Assembly: GCA_002633005.1 (NCBI GenBank) | Contig: NMRA01000760.1 | Location: 71,432-135,431, forward strand | DNA: 64,000 nt | DNA from: Phoronis australis | Lineage: Eukaryota > Animalia > Phoronida | Reading direction: 5' to 3' | Notes under the pieces: model-generated | The model's database searches: none | What the model was told of the DNA's origin: nothing | The model's input: only the letters and a program-made list of their open reading frames with translations | Shown: positions 10,683 through 23,050 of the stretch, piece after piece | Position numbering within the stretch: the first letter of the stretch is position 1 | Layout of the letters: the number at the start of each line of letters is the position of its first letter | Made by a program: the position numbers and the translations under genes

Positions 10683-13600
10683 CTGAAAAAGCAACAAAAG
10701 ACATGACGAGCACATTGAGATTGTTAAATATAATTCCATCTTTTGAGATAGGGTTGTATTGTATTGATAAATCATTTGTTTTAATGTCATTTTAAGATAC
10801 TCTATTCGCTTCATGTTTACAGAAAATGAGTAACAAATTTTTATGCAGTAGCTTGTGACACCTGTTTTAATTTGAATAGAAGTCCTGGCAATTTCCATAC
10901 AGCTTTTGACAGATGACTATAGATTAGAAAATCTTTATCTAGATGCCTGCTGTTTGAATTACAAACGCGTTAAGTACTCACAGTATCGGTCAGAATCTTC
11001 TTCTGCAATACTGCCATCTCCTTTTTCAACTCATTCTGAACAGTCTCCTGATAACTATGGTGATTACTCTCCAGTTCAGATAGTCCCTGTATCAAAATAG
11101 AATTACGTGGTGTGATACAAAGGAAACAAAAAGCAAAATCCAAACTTGCTCTCCATAATAGATAGCATGTATATTATTTAAAGATGTATTAAAGGAACAT
11201 TTTCTGTGAATGCCTTCAAGCTTACAATACCATGTAGGAAAATTGTTTTCATTCACACAGTAAANCTTTTGTTACAGAAAATGAGTAACAAATTTTTATG
11301 CAAATCGTGGTGCTACAAATATGCAAATCGTGGTGCTACAAATATGCAAATCGTGTTGCTACAAATATGCAAATCGTGGTGCTACAAATATGCAAATCGT
11401 GGTGCTACAAATTGCCAAAACCAGTAGCTTGTGACACCTGTTTTAATTTGAATACAAGTCCTGGCAATTTGAATAGAAGTCCTGGCAATTTGAATAGAAG
11501 TCCTGGCAATTTCCATACAGCTTTTGACAGATGACTATAGATTAGAAAATCTTTATCTAGATGCTTGCTGTTTGAATTACAATCGCATTAAGTACTCACA
11601 GTATCGGTCAGAATCTTCTTCTGCAATACTGCCATCTCCTTTTTCAACTCATTCTGAACAGTCTCCTGATAACTATGGTGATTACTCTCCAGTTCAGATA
11701 GTCCCTGTATCAAAATAGAATTACGTGGTGTGATACAAAGGAAACAAAAAGCAAAATCCAAACTTGCTCTCCATAATAGATAGCATGTATATTATTTAAA
11801 GATGTATTAAAGGAACATTTTCTGTGAATGCCTTCAAGCTTACAATACCATGTAGGAAAATTGTTTTCATTCACACAGTAAAAAACTGATGACAATTACT
11901 TTTGCCAGTCAATGTTGCTCAATCCTTAAGAACTTGAACTGCGGTGTTCCCTTTGATGGTTCAAAACAGTTGCTGAGGGCAAAAACATTTCGGAAGGTTT
12001 GCTAACGATGCAGTTCGCCCTCGTTTAGATGACTAAATAGGAAAGAAAATAGAAATAGGCATTTTACTTTCATAAAATCTATCTCATAATATTACTCACG
12101 ATGACAGGATTCTATTTACCAACAAGAACGCCAAACTGTCTGACTAGAGAAAACGCTACTGGGGTTAGACAATGCTAAAGCTGCAAATTCGAAAGTGGTG
12201 CACGTAGGTGGCTTGAGTTGATAACGGGAAACCGATAATTATCACTAAAGGATATTGTCAGACTGACTTTATGATAGTAAAAATCCCAATTCGATTTTTG
12301 TTTTTTAGCCAGCTAAACTGGACAGAATATAACTTTAACCAGCACACTTCATAGTTTTAATTTGGAATGTAATTGAGAAAAAGGTGCCACTTTACAAGAA
12401 TTTTTTTTGGTCTTGTGGCTATGTATAAACTCATTCCTGTTTTGTGCTGAACAAACAACTTTGTTACATAGATATAGTGCGTGAATAAACATAAAACATT
12501 TGGAATAAGCATAATCACTACAAGCTAATGCATTCTGTGGTTGCATAGTAACTAATGGTGTGGATAGTTTCACAATTTGAGAATAAGGACGTATGTACTG
12601 CGGTAAAGTGCCCTTATGTGTCTACAGACTGTCATCACCTCTGATGGCATCGAGTTCGTGTAATCATGAATCTCATGTTGTTCCTTACTTTTGTGAACTG
12701 TTCCAGTAGTTGGCGTACTGTTCTTAGTCGTTGAGACTGGACAGTTCTTATTTGTAGGAAAACCTTCTGTTGTTGCTTAAACAGGGCCTGTCAACAAAGA
12801 AAGAGTCGTATTAACACGTCCTAACACATTCCATTAAAAAATACACTTTGACATTGGTTGGTACATTAGTATATAAGCAAAATGCATCTATTTTGTAGGA
12901 TGATCAACTGTGGTCAACCAAATCAATATTGAATCGGCAATGCATTATATTATTGCCGCAGACTGTAGCAACAACTAGTACATGTAGACACAAGACATGT
13001 CCAAAAATTGGGCTAGAAATGCTGGTTTATAATATACCTGTAGTTTTTCTTCGTGCTCTTTTGTTTTCATCAAGTCAGTTTCCCACTGTGTAAGCACGTT
13101 ATTCACTTGCTTCTCGTATTCATCGCACAGTTTGCCTCTCTCGTTCAGCTGGTTTTTGATGAGCTCTTCAATCCTCTTGCATGTGGACTTGCCTGCCGCT
13201 TGAGTCAGCTGTTCAAGTCTTCTGGCTTTCACAGACATATTCTTTGACATGTCAGCTGAAAGGTGTATAAGAAATGGAATATAACATGAAGATCAAGCGG
13301 TTTAAAGACCCACTTGCAAATTACTCACTGTTTGCGAGTCTAACGGGTGTAAACAATTATGCCACTAATTAGTAAAATTATGTCATAAATAATAACTCAT
13401 AGATTAATCATTAAGATTTTTCTCTCCGGTATTGGAAATTTGATAATTGTACTTAAATCAGTGTTAAATGCTGCTTATGATGTATTCTAAAACTGAGTTG
13501 GCCAAAATAGCATCTTCCAACATTTTGGCATGTTGCAAGTGACACCTGGATGACTGCAGTGAGTGGTTCAAGTTTCATGCTTACAGTTACAGTGTAATTA

Positions 13601-15309
13601 CAGATACATTCTGGAGTAACAAAAATGAAGTATGATATTCAGAATTTGCACACAGTTGTCTTAACTTAAGTTCGCTCAATAGTAAAAGCATGAATTTTCA
13701 GTGATCAATGTGTTCCGGCTGGTACAAAACGTATTGTTTGACTACAATTCAATTGCCTGGCTTTTGAACACACTATGTGGTACTTTTGCCAAAATGAAAT
13801 TCAATGATAAATTTTATTTGATTTTGTACAAAAATAATTATCAAACCCATATTTTTCCACGTTGATGGGTAGTGATCAAACTCAGGTGCCACATAATACA
13901 GCCAGCACATGAAGGAACACCAGGCTTACCACAGATGCTGGATGCTGAGAAGTACAAGCACACCCAGGCAAACTTAACCACATGCCTCATTTGTTGTCAT
14001 TGCTTCCTACTAAAGAAACTTTACCATACTTGACTATCGTGATGCCAAAATTGCCAGTAATTCTAATTTAAGGAATGATAAAAACATCAAAAATATAAAC
14101 CTAATGGGATTGTAAACGGTCCTTAAAATTATAAAGGAAAAGAAATTGAAGGCATTTTCGTGAAAGACAAAGTTGGTGAAATATGTTCTGGTGGTCAATT
14201 TTTGATTGTATGTCATGTCACTTGTGGGTACAGTGCTTTAAATGGTATTAACTTGTGAAACGTTGAGTCACCTTTGTCACATTTTTACTGTAGTGCCAAC
14301 TGGAGACTGAATCTCACCATTTTTATGGAAATTGTTACCTTTGATCCACAAAAATATATAAGGAGACGGTGTTCTTCCATTCTGCACTTAGCATTGAGTG
14401 ACAGTGGTCCCTCATTTCCACTGCACCCAACATTAATTCTGGTGAGAACACTGGCCAGTAATACTCACCACCAAAGCTCTCAAACATCTTTTGCATCTCA
14501 TTCCTGTAAAATTAATAAAACATTGCTGTGCTACAATACTGCAGATAGGTGGATCCAGGGGGGTCAAGGATGCGGACCCCCATTTTTTCCCTTAATTTTA
14601 GTGATATCAAATCTAGAATTTTCAAATTGTTGACTTGGACCCCCTTTTTAAGAAATCCTTAATCCGCCCCCCCCTTTTTTAAAATCTTGGATCCAGCCCT
14701 GAGATTAGTAATCAACCCAATGCTATAATTATATTCTCAGTCATCACATCCCTGTTCACGGAACACACAAAACACTATGTGACGGAAAATTTACAGAAAT
14801 TGAATGTTAAATTTTAATGATCATTTTACTTATATATTCCATTCAGTCACTGATAGTGAAACAAAGAGCAGGCCTACCCAAATTTTCCACAGTCAACCCC
14901 ACCCTCTTCCTCCTCGTAACTTCTTTTGCGGGACGCCTTTGGAATAATAGGTGTTTCGTCTATAATACATGCACAGTCATTTTGTTAGGTACATAATATT
15001 AAAACTGTACTATCAATATATTTACAGTGCTTGTAAGTAAATTGATACATATTTTTTCTCGAATTGATTTAATTTAAAAAAATAATGATTGTCTTGCGTT
15101 ATTTTTCAGTCATGAATTGTATCAAAGAAAGTCCCGACTTATCAATCCATGCGTTTACCTTTCTTAAGCTGTTGAGAATCAAGGGAGTCTGAGTCACTGA
15201 GTGAATAGTCGGAAGGAGCACTCCTTTCTTCTTTCTTATTTTTGCCAGCGTTCGTCTTAGCCGTACTTTGATCTGCTAACTTCTTGGCAGGTTGTTTTGC
15301 CGGTGGCAT
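10629..15309 (-). CDS. SYCP3: Synaptonemal complex protein 3 (7 coding exons; 247 aa if the duplicated exon is used once)
   Basis: complement join 15309-15159, 14959-14878, 14503-14469, 13255-13038, 12787-12689, 11704-11600 (or 11086-10982), 10682-10629; phases compatible. Conserved motifs NEMQKMFESFGADMSK, VLTQWETD, LFKQQQK, ELKKEMAVLQKKIL and terminal QQEMASVRKSLQTMLF. Confidence 0.95.
10982..11086 (-). CDS. SYCP3: SYCP3 coding exon 6, copy A (identical duplicate)
   Basis: Same 105-nt exon, 618 bp away. Confidence 0.8.
11298..11412 (+). repeat. 23-bp tandem repeat x5 (ATGCAAATCGTGGTGCTACAAAT)
   Basis: Read directly; followed by a 21-bp unit x3 at about 11445-11510. Confidence 0.9.
11600..11704 (-). 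CDS. SYCP3: SYCP3 coding exon 6, copy B
   Basis: GLSELESNHHSYQETVQNELKKEMAVLQKKILTDT|GTGAGT. Confidence 0.85.
12689..12787 (-). CDS. SYCP3: SYCP3 coding exon 5
   Basis: ALFKQQQKVFLQIRTVQSQRLRTVRQLLEQFTK|GTAAGG. Confidence 0.95.
13038..13255 (-). CDS. SYCP3: SYCP3 coding exon 4
   Basis: ADMSKNMSVKARRLEQ...VLTQWETDLMKTKEHEEKLQ. Confidence 0.95.
14469..14503 (-). CDS. SYCP3: SYCP3 coding exon 3 (35 nt)
   Basis: ttacag|NEMQKMFESFG|GTGAGT. Confidence 0.92.
14543..14701. mobile_element. MITE of the GGCGGATCC-terminal class (decayed)
   Basis: GGTGGATCCAGGGGGG...TTGGATCCAGCCCTG inverted termini. Confidence 0.65.
14878..14959 (-). CDS. SYCP3: SYCP3 coding exon 2
   Basis: DETPIIPKASRKRSYEEEEGGVDCGKFG; ETP plus basic patch. 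Confidence 0.9.
15159..15309 (-). CDS. SYCP3: SYCP3 coding exon 1
   Basis: MPPAKQPAKK...SQQLKK|GTAAAC; acceptor 9 nt upstream of the ATG (exon begins at 15318). Confidence 0.88.
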
Positions 15310-15747
15310 TTTTGAAACCTGTAAAGAATAGTGAAGAAGCAACCACTGAAGCCAAAGCAGTACTGACTCCTACTCCTAGTCCTAGTCCTGTTCATTGTTT
15401 TTGGTATTTTCTGCTCGCTAATTGCAAGGTAGGCCTTCGAATTTGCCTACTATTGGTTTCCGACAACACGACTAAGATAAAAAGTATAACCGCTGGGAAT
15501 GCAGAAGACACGTGCTTGATGCTTACGACAGAATCAATATTACATAGACAGAATAGTTAGCTTCAAGGCTTGTCCGTCTCCGCATTCGGGTGCATTCACG
15601 TCACACCGACATCTTGACTGGTAATTTACTATTGTTCAAATCAAACAATTACAAATACAGCTCCAAGTACGTGCTCCTAATGGTTATTGTGTATCTAAGA
15701 TGTACGTAGTTCAATCAAGACTTTTTCTAAAAGTAAAGTCCACTCAC

Positions 15748-16165
15748 TTTTGAAAATAACGTGAATACCGCTACTACTAAAACAAGCACTTGTTAGCAGA
15801 CGACAGCTGTTTTATTTTTGTGTATTCCTACGCGAGATCAGTGACGTGCGCGCGGGATTGCTTGGGGCTTTTACGCAATGAACGAGCGTATGCATGCACC
15901 AATACATCTTAATGTGGTGTCTATGGCATGCACATTTTTAAACAAGCCGTTTAGAGCGTGGGGTTGATATAATACAATGTTAGGCTACGGAAAACAAGTG
16001 AAGTCGTTTAGTCAAAACTTGGTCGCGAGAAAATTCGAGCAAGGCTAGGAACAATTCTGGCAGCGCAGCATCCGGGAAGAACATGGAGAAACAAACGGAG
16101 GCCGAAATATAGAAGAGAGATTACATTACCAGCAATATTGAAACCGTGAATTGCGCATGCGCGAA
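15748..16165 (-). promoter_or_regulatory. SYCP3 non-coding first exon and CpG-rich promoter
   Basis: Donor AAA|GTGAGT at 15747; TCCCGC on minus at 15852-15857; TGACGT at 15842; TGCGCATGCGC at about 16152. Confidence 0.55.
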
Positions 16166-16572
16166 AATCACTCAGTTAGCCCCCTTCAGAATACATGGGA
16201 TTCGCAGAAAACACAGCGTGAGGGTCTTATTTATGAATCAATCACATTTGCCGATAGCACATAACATAGATGAGTATTTTGTTAAAAACGTGGCCAAGTT
16301 TCAGCAAAATTGGAAAAAATTTTATGTTTAACATGGTATGGCTAAAGTTTTGGCTTATTTTGTCGCTTCGATCAGTGGAATCGCCGCTAAAAACCCGAAA
16401 GTGCATGTGAGAAAACGATAATTTTCGACCAAGCCTTTCATGTGCGGTTAGTTGCCGATAGACCCAACAGATGTCAGTATAATCAAGATTGAAATGTAGA
16501 ATTTTGAAGAAAATTAGACAAAATTTTGTATTTAACATGGGGTCGCCGAAAATTGCCAATTTTGGCCTTTTG

Positions 16573-16947
16573 NNNNNNNNNNNNNNNNNNNNNNNNNNNN
16601 NNNNNNNNNNNNNNNNNNNNNNNNNNNNNNNNNNNNNNNNNNNNNNNNNNNNNNNNNNNNNNNNNNNNNNNNNNNNNNNNNNNNNNNNNNNNNNNNNNNN
16701 NNNNNNNNNNNNNNNNNNNNNNNNNNNNNNNNNNNNNNNNNNNNNNNNNNNNNNNNNNNNNNNNNNNNNNNNNNNNNNNNNNNNNNNNNNNNNNNNNNNN
16801 NNNNNNNNNNNNNNNNNNNNNNNNNNNNNNNNNNNNNNNNNNNNNNNNNNNNNNNNNNNNNNNNNNNNNNNNNNNNNNNNNNNNNNNNNNNNNNNNNNNN
16901 NNNNNNNNNNNNNNNNNNNNNNNNNNNNNNNNNNNNNNNNNNNNNNN
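16573..16947. other. Assembly gap
   Basis: N run followed by a G homopolymer. Confidence 1.
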
Positions 16948-18340
16948 GGGGGGGGGGGGGTTACGTACACTACGCACAGTCAACCAACTTCAAATTTTGA
17001 CTAAGTTACAAATGTATGAGATGGTCTTGAGTTTTGTGTTGCCTCTACTTGTTGGTTTGTTGCCAGTTGTCTTGAGAGATAGAGAACTTGCCTCTGCAAC
17101 ATCAGTTGTCACATGACGTGTCTTCTAGGATGTTAAGTACTAGCCAAGTCCTGCGTGGCATTTTATTGCCCCAAAATTTGATAATGTCCATTGTTTTTTG
17201 TCAGACTGGATTCATTTATTAAATATCAGTATTGTCCATGAGAACAGCATTATGTAAACATACTTGTGGGCAATACTTTATAGCATAGAGGTTGAAGGTA
17301 CGTACACTACACAGGGGTACGTACACTACATGTCAATGATTTGTCAGGTTTATAAAAATACGTAGAATCTACTGAGAGTTCGTTCATTTACCAAATCTAT
17401 TCAAAGAGAACAAAAAAGTACAGCATTCATGTGCATATCTGTCTGTCATTCTTTGAAAACAGGCACGTGTTAAAATATAGGGGTACGTACATTACACAAA
17501 TGCTAATATTTCACTCAAAACAAATGTATTTGTAATTAACACCCTTTTAACCTAGCATTTTTAGTAGAGGAAACTGTCTGTGACAAATGTTGCTTACTTA
17601 CCGTGTAATATTTTTGTTTCATGACATTTGTTCACATCGGGGTATGTACACTACACAGGGGTACGTACACTACATTTCAATAACATGTCAGGTTTGTAAC
17701 TAAATACTAAGAATCTACAGAGAGTTAGTTGATTTACTAAATCAATTCAAAGAGAAAAAATAAAAAGCACAACATTCATGTGCACATCTGCCGTACTTTT
17801 TCAACATAGCAGAACCCAGTCAATATCCAAACTTTTGGTTTATTTAGATATTGAATAATTTGCTGTGTTGCCTAGGTTAACATATTCTGTAGTTCTTTTT
17901 ATGACAGAGTTTTGAACTTTCTTTACAGTAGGTGAGGGTTAGAAACACAGAATTTACAAATTTCGTAACGAGTGCCTGTTTTATGATGAACCCTACCATT
18001 TCTCAATGATTAAGCACAACTTCATCTAAGTGATTCTAAAAGGGACTCAAGTTGTTCCCAGTCATATCTAAGCAATTGCTTACTTGATAAAATAAATTTC
18101 TTTTCTATTGTTGACAATTGAAAATTGTAATTTTTAAAATGGCCACTCGCAACGCTAAAAATGCATGAAATTCATAGACAAAAACATGCATAAATTTCTC
18201 AAACATTGTCCGATTTTGATGATTCCTCTTTAATTGGCACAACTAAATATCTCTTTGCATATGAGATTCAGTTGACATTTGGTAACTGACCAAAAAAATT
18301 ATTTTAGACCGTAACACAGTCAACTCTCGAATATGGACCT
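16948..18340. mobile_element. Probable non-autonomous DNA transposon remnant with internal direct repeats
   Basis: Recurring GGTACGTACACTAC motif (about 16960, 17297, 17316, 17481, 17641, 17659); block of about 150 bp repeated at about 17297-17440 and about 17640-17790. Confidence 0.5.
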
Positions 18341-21300
18341 TGATTGTGATTTAGCCGACTAAAAACCATACAATAACATTGATCAAAATCGGAATTAATG
18401 TTTGAAGTTCAGACAGCTTGAAGGCTATTCATTGCTTTCTGGTTTTTATATTTATGAGTCTGTGAAAATCGACTTAATATCCTGATCCGTTGGTGATTTT
18501 CGTTTATTATAAAAAATCTTGTAAGATATTTATGTTTCAATGAATTTTAATGTCTGTCAGTTGAAATTTGAAAAACTCGTTATCATATTGATAGTACGCA
18601 GCGTCTTTTGGAAAGATTTTTGTGCTATGACCGCGAATTTGTTGCACTCGGTAGAGCAGGACATCGTTAATGGTATTGGGAGAAAGAACAATTCCTCATG
18701 GCTTGTTGAGCCCCTGTTTTGTGTAAATTTATTGAGTTTTGTGTTTGCTATGGACGGCTGAAGTCAAGCACCTGTGGAATTTCTAGTCCGGAGAATCATA
18801 CCTTGTAGGTATTCTATATATGTAGTGTATTTGTTACGGTCAGAAGCTGAGGACGCCTGTGGTTCGAGTGCCTTCTTACAAAACACACCTCTGAACGCAG
18901 TCACCAAACCTGGTGGTCCGAGACCAGAGCGACCGCGAGTCGGCTCACCAACATCATAGGTTTAGAGGCATTACGACGTTTTCCCGTTGCTCCCAACATG
19001 TTCGGTTCTATAGCCCAACAATAAGTTGTGAGGTTTACCCCTGTAGCCAATATCTTACACGACTGATTAACTCTATTCTGGCATTCATGGTTGAAGGGCC
19101 AGCTCTCTTTTGTTCGATAATTGCTCTAATCTTCAGTAAGATCGTATCTAGCCTGACTGGGCTGTGCGGTTAAAAATAACAGTTAAGTTATAACATATTT
19201 GAACATAAACCAATAGCATTTCTGAAATCCGAGTAGGGCTCAGGGTGAAATTTTGCTTGGCAAAATTGAAAAAAATTTAGGACTTCTACCACTGAAAGTT
19301 ACTTCCGAACAAGTTTCATTAAAATTTTTGCAAAATTTTGTAATCTGATGACCCCAAGAACATCTACAGGGTTCGGGAGTTTCCAGTCGTCGGCATTACC
19401 CGCTGGTCGTGTTACAGTGGTTTTAAAAGTTTACAATTTCTTTAAAATTGTATTCGGATATCCAAGCACCCTCTGAGCTCATCATACAACAATAGCTCGA
19501 ACGGAGCTTGGACATAATAATAATAATAAATAAAATTTAGCAAATGTCTACTGTCTAACTTTCAAATAGACAGCTCATTACATGGGTTGAAGTTTAGGAC
19601 TTAACACAGAAATTTAGCAGCAAACTCCATTCTTTAAAAAGAACAAAATTGGTGATGTTGATTCTTGTAGTGTGTGATACCGCAAACAAGAGACATTGGA
19701 ACGCGTTTTCACGATTGTTATGTTACGAACGACGCTAAACAAACAAAAAAATATCCATGAACATTTAGGAAATAGACAATGTTGCTTTGAACACTTATTT
19801 GTAACATGAATTATTGGATTGGATATTCTTTTGTAAGGCAAACTTAATTTATAACTGTAGAACACAAACATAAAAACATAAGGTCATTCGGTACTTATAA
19901 AAAACACGCAGAGCTTGAAGGGCTCTGGAAACAGTAGCTACATATTGTCAGTGTCTAATTTTAATAGTCTTTGTTGATGTTTTTTAGTTAATTATATTAA
20001 CAATATTTTGAAATACATGCGAGTATTTGATGATTTCAGAGAAAGAAATATATAAAAACTAATTGTCTTATTTAGTTTAAATTAGCAATACAGAGTAACA
20101 ATGGGATGTTTGGTACAAAACTCTACCTTTTCAATGTTCTTTTGACTTGTGACACATAAAAATGACAAAAGTTATAATTAAAACCAAAAAAGATTTCGCC
20201 CTCGAAAGGTACAGTTCGTCAATGCAAATTGGCTGATGTCTCAATTCTATTGAACTCCTGTCATGCCTGCTACGTTTGGACTCAAACAAGACCACATAGA
20301 ACTTTTCATAATTCAGAGACAACCATCGCGTCGTTATGTATTTCACGACAGAATGTTTTTCTTCGCGTTTGGCGACCTGGGAAAAACCCCAGGTCGCCAC
20401 AGAGAGTATCAAAGTCAAAAAATCCCCCGAAATTCGCTTAAAAATTTGTGGTGACTTCCAAACTTAAAATTACTAACAATTTTCCTAGATTTGATACCTT
20501 TGGTTCACAATTGCACATTTTAATTCGTGAAATCAGTGCATTTGGCACCCTCAGCAGTCCACATACATCAAACAAGTGCTTAAATTGTGAGAGGAAGTAA
20601 ACAGACGGTAGCGAGAATGGTTCGCCAACAATCTGGCAAGATCGGTGAAACACGAACCACCAGTGTATGCGATCGTTTGCGTTCTATGTTCGTTCGCTGG
20701 AGAAATTGAGGTAGAGGTTGATCACTGGGAAAAAATTAATGGAATTGAAGAGATACGCGTAAGTTTCTAAGAATGGGGTACGGTACGACCGTTTTTTTTA
20801 GTACAAGATTTCGACGTAAGGTTTGGTAATCTTAGGTTTCGTTTGGCGACCTAAGGTTTTCGCCAAGTCGCCAAATGCGTCTTACGCTAAGCGTTGAGCA
20901 CTGTACCTGTATGTGGTCTAAATCCCGTGCTAGTTGTTTTAGAGGGAGAGAAGGTCATGAAACCTTCAGTACAGTCTATGAATTATCCGCAAATGAAGGT
21001 ATTTGTACACACGTTGACGAAACTGAGTTACGTCTGATAAGAAGACATTCTCAGAATTTGTAATGATTTAAAAAGAAAACAACAACAAATATTAAATGAT
21101 ATATTGCTTTAACATTAATATCTAATAATGAATACTATACTAGACATAAAAACTTTAGTGCGTGGTTCAATGGTATCCTAGTAACAACGTCCGCTGGTGC
21201 TTCTACTTTTAACAAATCACTGCTAATCATCTATAATCGGACCTCTGACCTATGACCTTGGCTATTGCAGGCTGTACACACGTATTATAAATTTTCGAAA

Positions 21301-21669
21301 ACAGTTCTGTATTAGAAACTTCATTTAGAACTCGGTGTAGTTTATTAAGGATGAAACTACACAGACATAATCTCTGAAATGAATATAAGGCCAACTATCA
21401 ACAGCTGGCAGGTGTCTTACGATCCAGTAAACACGAAGAAATGAATGATAACGTAATTCAAGTGTAATTAACTGAATACTAAGTTGCTCATTTTGAATGT
21501 GTTCAGGCATATTGTTAAATTATCTTACAATTGTTTAAGATATGCCCGATGAGCTCCGCGCGTTGACAACAAAGGTAAAGGAACATGGGGAAGTAGAGGT
21601 GATTATTTGACAACGAACAAAACACGTAAGTTATGAAATGCAAGACGCCAGGAACTTGCTTGCTGCAAT

Positions 21670-21697
21670 AAAAAAAAAAAAAAAAAAAAAAAAAAAA
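21670..21697 (+). repeat. Poly(A) tract (28 nt) starting within AATAAA
   Basis: Read directly. Confidence 0.9.
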
Positions 21698-22289
21698 CGT
21701 ATCGGGTGTGCATGGCAGGCTAATAATTGCAATGCAAAGATCACATGAGTCATCAAGGTAGGAGTAGAGCCCAATGTCAAAACAGAGTAATTTGCAACAA
21801 AGTTATCAGAATATTTAAGTTAAATGTGACGTGGGTATAACAAAGCACTGCGAATATCACATATGTTATTATGGATGGACGTAAATTGAATTGATCATAT
21901 CATAAGCGGATTTAGGGTCCCCTCACGGACACGTTTTTAGGGGCTACGCTGACATCTAGCCTTCGAAAATTGTGGTTCCTTGCGACATCCCTGGAACCAC
22001 CAGAGAATGCAAAGCGTTTTTTTTATCCCAGTGTCAGTTCACAAGTAACTTTTAGACTGAAAAATAAATTTTTGAGGTAAAACAAGTTGCGTGAACATAT
22101 TGGTTCGTGTCCTCTACACATCTAAACGGAAATGATATCAATGTGAACTTGAAGTGGTCGAGGCGCTATACGAATCCACGGTATACGTAGCGCATGCGTA
22201 GTGGCGTGGTAAAGAATTGGGTAGAATATATCATACCGGTACCCATGGAGCAGACAAGCCACTTTTTCCATAATTTTGCTTTATGGAAA

Positions 22290-22524
22290 CAGAGGCGGAT
22301 CTACAGAGGGGGGGGTTCAGGGGGTTGAAACACCCCCTCGGGACACGATCACAAATAAAAATTGAAAAAATGTCGCCAGTAAAACGACATCAGCTACTAA
22401 AAACCACAAAAGATCTTACATAGGAGGGGCAAACCCCCTCCCGACCTTCCCTCCGCTCGGCGCAACGCGCCTCGGATTTACTCGGATCCTAACCCCCCTT
22501 ACTGAAAACGTAGATCTATCACTG
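22290..22524. mobile_element. hAT-like MITE, same family as 46887-47125
   Basis: TIR CAGAGGCGGATCTAC...GTAGATCTATCACTG; internal sequence similar to the 46887 copy; flanks GGAAA/GGGAA. Confidence 0.85.
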
Positions 22525-22794
22525 GGGAACCCGATAATAATATGGTTTTTTTCTTAAGATATCGAGTACCTAGTAACAATAGTGCTTGATAATAAATTTA
22601 TGGTACGACTACGTGATTACAGTGGCATTGTTTTGATACAGAAACTTTCTGATTGTGTATGAAGTTAGCTTTTATTCCTCAGATCTCCGCTTCACAGGTC
22701 TCCGAGGGATTGGTGGTACACAGAATATTAATTTGCGAATGTAATGTTATGATTACAATAACTTAAAGACGTGTTTTTCTTCCTTGTTTACATG

Positions 22795-23050
22795 ACTAAC
22801 TAATAGTATGAATACTGCACCCTGGTGTGGACTTTTTAATGAGCACAGGCCAAGAAATCGCTTTTGCATTATATCCAGGATCTCATTTACTCCCTTGTAT
22901 AATGTACCTTCACCAGTAAGACCGAGCTCAGAGGAGCAGGAGACACCTTTGTGCTGTGATTGATTTTCAACCAGTGAATCCAGGATTCGAACACAGGCAG
23001 TCTTCCAAACAGGAGTCCGGGAATCAAATCACTGAGCCACACCGTCTCCT
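22795..23050 (-). mobile_element. tRNA-derived SINE (degenerate)
   Basis: Minus strand: GGAGACGGTGTGGCTCAGTG (A box) ... GTTCGAATCC (B box), body of about 250 bp, short TTAG tail. Confidence 0.6.

Larger units (their letters stand above)
10814..11883. repeat. Tandem duplication (about 450 bp and about 620 bp copies) joined at a single N
   Basis: 10814-11264 matches 11266-11883 apart from a few SNPs and VNTR differences; N at 11265. Confidence 0.92.

Noticed and set aside
11298-11510. Short regular repeats as a possible CRISPR array (also 47126-47313 and 54474-54585)
   Set aside because: Units are head-to-tail with no unique spacers, there are no cas genes, and the context is eukaryotic
10906-11718. 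Two near-identical plus-strand 64-aa ORFs (MTDDYRLENL...)
   Set aside because: Antisense shadows of the duplicated SYCP3 exon, with non-ATG starts
16242-17116. Long ORFs of 166-242 aa in the ORF track
   Set aside because: They consist mostly of X residues from the N gap; artefacts
21560-21697. Processed pseudogene ending in AATAAA-poly(A)
   Set aside because: No recognisable upstream ORF or TSD; could simply be a homopolymer
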